Of a stretch of 64,000 bases of DNA, positions 60,105 through 64,000 are shown piece after piece. This DNA is from Dehalococcoidia bacterium (GTDB taxonomy: Bacteria; Chloroflexota; Dehalococcoidia; UBA2979), in contig OZ241365.1 of assembly GCA_965200555.1 (NCBI GenBank), positions 2,085,458 through 2,149,457 of the forward strand. The letters run 5' to 3'. Both the position numbers and the translations under genes were made by a program. The notes under the pieces were generated by a model that was not told where the DNA came from, ran no database searches, and saw only the letters and a program-made list of their open reading frames with translations. Within the stretch, counting starts at the first letter, position 1; every line of letters starts with the position of its first letter.

Positions 60105-61812
60105 GTACCGCAGTCACTTCGAGGCCGCCGCCGCCGAGCGCGAGCGCGGCGCCCAGGGGCGCGAGGAACGCGACGCGATCGCGCGCATCCGCGCCGTGCT
60201 CGGCGGCGGGAACGCCGCCGTGCTGTTCTGCCGCGACAACGGGCAGGGCCTCGACGGCGACCGGCTGCGGCGCGTGCTCGGCGAGGGCGACAGCGGCAAG
60301 CCGGAGGAGGGCGCCGGCAGCAAGGGACTCGGCCACCTCACCGCGTTCGCCGCCTCGGACCTGCGCTACGTGCTCTACGCCGGCCGCTCGCGCGGGCCGG
60401 ACGGCGCGCTGCGCGACGCCGCGAGCGGCCACGCGATCCTCGCCTCGCGCCGCTCCGAGGGCGGCAACGGCACGGGCGTCGGGGGCGACGGCTTCCTGCT
60501 CCGCTACGGCCAGCGCGGGCTGTTCGACGACAGCGACGCGATGTTCCCCGAGCGCGTCCCCGCGCTGCTCGCCGGCGAGCTGGAGGCGCTCGGCGGCACG
60601 GGCAGCGTCGTCGCCGTCCTCGGCTTCAACGGCTTCCGCGACGAGGCCGGCGACGACCCCGCCGAGGCGATCCGCGAGGCGGCGGCGGCGCACTTCCTCG
60701 CCGCGATCGCGCTCGGCGAGATGACGGTGCGCGTCCGCGACGCCGAGGACCGCGAGACCGCGGTCGAGCGCGGCACGCTGGCCGGGATCCTCGAACGCCA
60801 CAAGGGGCAGACCACGCGGCACGGCGGCGTGCTGCTGCCGGGGGCGCAGGCGTGGCGCGCGTGGCGCGTGTTCGGGGCGGCCTCGGCGCGGGACCTCGAC
60901 TGCGGGCTCGGCGGCGTCCGCATCCGCTTCCGTTCGCTCGACGGCGAGCCGGTGCGCGACTCGCGCGTCCAGCTCTACCGCGACGGCATGTGGATCACGA
61001 ACGACGCGCCCGGCCTCGCGCCCGGCGACTTCGGCGGCAGCCGGCCGTTCGACGCCGTGGTGATGCTGACGCGCGGCGAACTCTACGACCTCGTGCGCGA
61101 CGCCGAGGGGCCGGAGCACCGCGGCCTCGACCGCAACCGCCTCGTCGTCGGGCGGGACGCGAGCCGCTGGCTGCGGCTGCGCGGGCTGCTGCGCGCCGTC
61201 GCCGCGCGGCTGCGCGAGGAGGCGGGCGAGCGCGACGAGGCGTCGGCGTTCGTCCCGCCGGACTTCGCGATGTTCTCCGGCGAGACGATGCGCGCGGCGG
61301 AACCGGTGCGGCGCTACCGCCCGCGCCCGGCGCCGGGGCGGCCGGACGGCGGCACGACGCCGGCGCCGGACGACGAGGGAGCGCCCGGCGAGGACAAGCC
61401 GGGCGGACGCCGCGGCGGCAGGCGCGGCGTGACGCCGAGGCCGGGCCGCGGCGTGCCCGTGCGGGCGTCGGTGGCGCCCCGGCGCGGCGAGGACGGCGAG
61501 TACCGCACGCTGCGCGTCGCGTGGCGGCTGCGCGAGGGCGAGGACGCCGGGCTGGCCGGCGTGCGGCTGCGCGTGCCGTCGGGCTCCGACGAGACCTGCG
61601 AGCAGCCGCTGGCCCCCCGGTGGCTGCCGATGCGCTCCGTCGCGCGCGAGGGCCGCGTCGTCGCGCAGGCGCCCGGGGACGGCGGCGCGGCGGAGCTGGT
61701 CGTGCCCCTCGCCGCCGGCGAGCTCGAGATCGCGCTCGCCGAGCCGATCGCCGACCCCAACGCGATCGAGCTCGACGTCGTGCGCCGCCGGACGGCGGAA
61801 GGCGATGACTGA
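59893..61812 (+). CDS. GHKL-superfamily (Bergerat-fold, Hsp90/MutL/MORC-like) ATPase
   Basis: Track ORF of 639 aa with the N-box VRELLQNALDAA, G1 box CRDNGQGLDG and G2-like GAGSKGLGHL. The C-terminal region is large and unassigned. Confidence 0.7.
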   Translation: MRGGGLQFLETGQPRGFTTLATSAWDGKPEPIVRELLQNALDAARASERGRAEVVFTVASAPIAGLPGIGEYRSHFEAAAAERERGAQGREERDAIARIRAVLGGGNAAVLFCRDNGQGLDGDRLRRVLGEGDSGKPEEGAGSKGLGHLTAFAASDLRYVLYAGRSRGPDGALRDAASGHAILASRRSEGGNGTGVGGDGFLLRYGQRGLFDDSDAMFPERVPALLAGELEALGGTGSVVAVLGFNGFRDEAGDDPAEAIREAAAAHFLAAIALGEMTVRVRDAEDRETAVERGTLAGILERHKGQTTRHGGVLLPGAQAWRAWRVFGAASARDLDCGLGGVRIRFRSLDGEPVRDSRVQLYRDGMWITNDAPGLAPGDFGGSRPFDAVVMLTRGELYDLVRDAEGPEHRGLDRNRLVVGRDASRWLRLRGLLRAVAARLREEAGERDEASAFVPPDFAMFSGETMRAAEPVRRYRPRPAPGRPDGGTTPAPDDEGAPGEDKPGGRRGGRRGVTPRPGRGVPVRASVAPRRGEDGEYRTLRVAWRLREGEDAGLAGVRLRVPSGSDETCEQPLAPRWLPMRSVAREGRVVAQAPGDGGAAELVVPLAAGELEIALAEPIADPNAIELDVVRRRTAEGDD

Positions 61813-62584
61813 CGCCGCCCTGCCGGTGCTGACCGAGGACGGCTCGCGCCTCGACTGGCCGGACGCCGCCTACCGGCCGGAGGTGCGGATCGGCGGCGGC
61901 GCCGCGAGGATCGCGCACCGGCTGGAGGGCGCGCCCACGCTGGAGCGGCTGATCGCCGAGGGCGCGGCCCGCTGGGCGGTGGAGCTGCGCTGCCCGCGGA
62001 CGCTGCTGGCGCGCGTCGAGACCTCGGACGACGCAGGGCACGAGGCCGCGTGGAGCGCGGCGGAGGCGCACGGCGCGGTCTTCGTGATCCCCGGCGTGGT
62101 CGCCGTCCGCCCGCTGCGCCTCGAGGCGCCGGAGCTGGGCGCGCTCTGGCGCGGCGAGCGCCTCGACGTGCCCGCCGGCTGGTGGCTGGCGCGCGGCGTC
62201 ACGCGCCGCGACAGCACGCTGCGCGAGTCGCTGCTGTCGTTCGAGCCGGACGCCGATCTGCCGCCGGGCGCGATGGCGGTGGACCCTCGCTGGGACGAGG
62301 GCCGGCCCCGCTTCGTCGTCCGCCTCGCGCCGGACATTCGCGCCGCCGCGGAGCGCGACCGCAACCTGCAGGTGGCGGGCCTGATCGCCGTCTGCGCCCG
62401 CTTCCACCGCGAGTTCACCCCCGAGGCCGAGGAGGAGCACGCCATCGTTCGCGAGATCCGCGATCGGCTCGAAGAGGCGGGCGTGCCCGCGTGGGACGAC
62501 GAGGGCCAGTGGGACCCCGCGCGCGCGGCGACCGCGATCGAGCGGTTCGCCGCGGGGGAGCCGGACCCCGATCCCGATGCGTGA
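61805..62584 (+). CDS. Hypothetical protein (operon gene 5)
   Basis: Track ORF of 259 aa. The ATG overlaps the GHKL gene end by 8 nt. No motif was recognised. Confidence 0.6.
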   Translation: MTDAALPVLTEDGSRLDWPDAAYRPEVRIGGGAARIAHRLEGAPTLERLIAEGAARWAVELRCPRTLLARVETSDDAGHEAAWSAAEAHGAVFVIPGVVAVRPLRLEAPELGALWRGERLDVPAGWWLARGVTRRDSTLRESLLSFEPDADLPPGAMAVDPRWDEGRPRFVVRLAPDIRAAAERDRNLQVAGLIAVCARFHREFTPEAEEEHAIVREIRDRLEEAGVPAWDDEGQWDPARAATAIERFAAGEPDPDPDA

Positions 62585-63428
62585 GGCGCTGCTGGCGGGC
62601 TGCGCGCGCGCCTTCGACGGGTGGCAGCAGTCGCTCGCGGCGCGCAACAACAAGGACCTGGCGGACGAGGATCGCGCCGCCCTCGAAACGCGCCAGCGGG
62701 CGCTGCTGGCGGCGGTCGCCGACGGGCCGGAGGCGCTGGCGCGCCACCTCCGCGAGCGGCTCGGCCTCGACGCGGCCACCGCGATCGACGCGCCGCCGCT
62801 GCCGCGCGAGGCGCTGACGCCCGGCGAGTTCCGCGACCCGCCGATCGAGCTGGAGCGGGAGCTGGCCGGCGCCTGGGAGGGGCTGGTGGAGCCCGGCCGG
62901 GCGGCGCAGCCGCTGTTCTGGCTGCTGTGCCACGTCGAGTGGATCGGGCAGGGGCGCATCGACGATCTCGAAGCGGCATTGACGCTCGGCGGGCGGAGCG
63001 ACCGCACGACCGATCAGCGCACGCGCAACCTCCTGCGGCGCACGGGCGGACTGCCGCACGTCCGCTACAGCGTCACCGCGTTCTCCGACTGCCCGCTCGC
63101 CCGCGCGTGGTGGGTATGCCGCGTCGCCGCCGAGGCCGCGCGCGCCTCGGAGGGCGCGCTCGGCGCCGAGGAGGCGCACCGGGCGCTGCACGACCGCCGG
63201 CAGGTCTGGGAGACGCTGGCGATGCTCTCGGTACGCCGCGTCACGGCGATCAACCACCCGCGCGCCCGCGCGGCGCTCGTCGCCGCCATCGCCGGGCACG
63301 CGCTCGCCGAGGAGGCGGCGGTGCGGTCCGTCGCCTCGGTGCTCGCGCGCGATGCGCTCACGCGCTCGCCGCAGCACGTCCCGTGGGCGGAGCTGCGCGC
63401 GATCGCGGAGCGCGCCGCGCCCGCCTGA
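62577..63428 (+). CDS. Hypothetical protein (operon gene 6)
   Basis: Track ORF of 283 aa. The ATG overlaps the gene 5 end by 8 nt. The protein is helical and no motif was recognised. Confidence 0.6.
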   Translation: MREALLAGCARAFDGWQQSLAARNNKDLADEDRAALETRQRALLAAVADGPEALARHLRERLGLDAATAIDAPPLPREALTPGEFRDPPIELERELAGAWEGLVEPGRAAQPLFWLLCHVEWIGQGRIDDLEAALTLGGRSDRTTDQRTRNLLRRTGGLPHVRYSVTAFSDCPLARAWWVCRVAAEAARASEGALGAEEAHRALHDRRQVWETLAMLSVRRVTAINHPRARAALVAAIAGHALAEEAAVRSVASVLARDALTRSPQHVPWAELRAIAERAAPA

Positions 63429-63481
63429 CGCGCGCCCGCTCCTCGCGCTTCCGGGGCGAGGGCGCCGCGTCGCGGCCTCCG

Positions 63482-64000
63482 TCACGGCGCGCCCCCCTCG
63501 TGCGGCGCGACGCGCGCGCGGTACGCCTCGAAGTCCGCGTAGAAGGCGGCGGGCGTGAGGCCGAAGGCAGCCTCGAACGCCTCGCGCCAGCTCGCGGCGC
63601 CCGGCAGCGCCTCGTAGTACGCGAAGAGCGCGGGCTCGCCCGCCAGCGCGACGAGCCGCTCGGCTGCGAGGAAGCCGAGGGCGCGCGACTCCCGGTAGCC
63701 CGCCGCCTCCACGTCGGCATAGGTCTCCAGACTGGGCAGCGGCGCCGTAGCCCGCCTCGCCCGGGCGATCTCCCCGCTCCGGATCCGCTCCAGCGTGTCC
63801 ACGCCCGTGGCGGCGCGATAAGCGTGAAGGGTGTAGTCGGAGATGCCCTGTACCAGCCACTCCGGACCGCGAGGACCGTGGCCTTCGGGAACATCGGGGA
63901 GCGACCCCCACGGTGCGAGGCGCTCAAGCACGTGGGAGAAGTAGGGACGCTCGTACGCGTCCGCGTTGAGTGGACGGATCGCAGGTAGCGACCGCAACGA
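63482..64000 (-). CDS. Hypothetical protein, probably partial (may start beyond the window end)
   Basis: Track ORF 63482..63997, convergent with the operon. The sequence is non-repetitive (ERIRSGEIARAR...FAYYEALPGAASWREAFEAAFGLTPAAFYADFEAY). Confidence 0.5.
   Translation of the reverse strand, partial: SLRSLPAIRPLNADAYERPYFSHVLERLAPWGSLPDVPEGHGPRGPEWLVQGISDYTLHAYRAATGVDTLERIRSGEIARARRATAPLPSLETYADVEAAGYRESRALGFLAAERLVALAGEPALFAYYEALPGAASWREAFEAAFGLTPAAFYADFEAYRARVAPHEGGAP

Noticed and set aside
60995-63007. 670-aa minus-strand ORF and other off-frame ORFs (60852..61808, 61870..62979, 62415..63911) across the candidate operon.
   Set aside because: Their products are Arg/Ala/Pro-rich nonsense. 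The plus-strand frames are coupled by overlapping starts and stops and contain the recognisable motifs.

Overview
This is a very GC-rich bacterial chromosomal segment, roughly 70-75% G+C by eye, with G/C-saturated third codon positions. Many long antisense or off-frame ORFs in the track are therefore GC artefacts. No rRNA genes and no CRISPR array were seen.

Layout:
- nt 1-12059 (+): the tail of the conserved ribosomal supercluster, rplN(partial)-rplX-rplE-rpsN(Z type)-rpsH-rplF-rplR-rpsE-rpmD-rplO-secY-adk-map-infA-rpmJ-rpsM-rpsK-rpsD-rpoA-rplQ-truA-rplM-rpsI.
- nt 12.2-35 kb: an accessory-looking stretch. It holds two paralogous GLUG-repeat secreted proteins, an intact IS481-family element (28-bp inverted repeats, GCTAGC target duplication), a crotonase, RNase HI and a repeat-containing secreted protein. 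It also holds tRNA-Pro(CGG), a class I amidotransferase and a type I R-M locus (hsdR, an hsdS split by a perfect palindrome, hsdM). The rest is a family of tail-anchored coiled-coil proteins with very different heptad counts beside two paralogous Ig-like surface proteins, and an NYN RNase gene behind a tandemly duplicated promoter plus double-hairpin module.
- nt 35-37.3 kb: moaC-moaA-rdgB.
- nt 37.4-39.9 kb: a visibly lower-GC islet with a Panacea-domain (SocA-like) TA-type pair and an in-frame tandemly duplicated unknown domain.
- nt 40-56.6 kb: class V FBP aldolase/phosphatase, a GT-C glycosyltransferase, an IS481 remnant, an ABC-2 exporter, an amidohydrolase and a PHP phosphoesterase. These are followed by a halogenase-like, serine-less hydrolase and GT2 cluster, and then IscU-like, MocA-like and MBL genes.

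The best candidate for an undescribed system is nt 56.7-63.4 kb. It is a six-gene, translationally coupled operon encoding a DndC/PAPS-reductase-like PP-loop enzyme, a GIY-YIG nuclease, a DGQHR (DndB-like) protein, a GHKL ATPase and two unknown proteins. A G12 homopolymer sits exactly at the DGQHR/GHKL gene junction.

All family assignments are motif-level recognition by eye. No database search was run.
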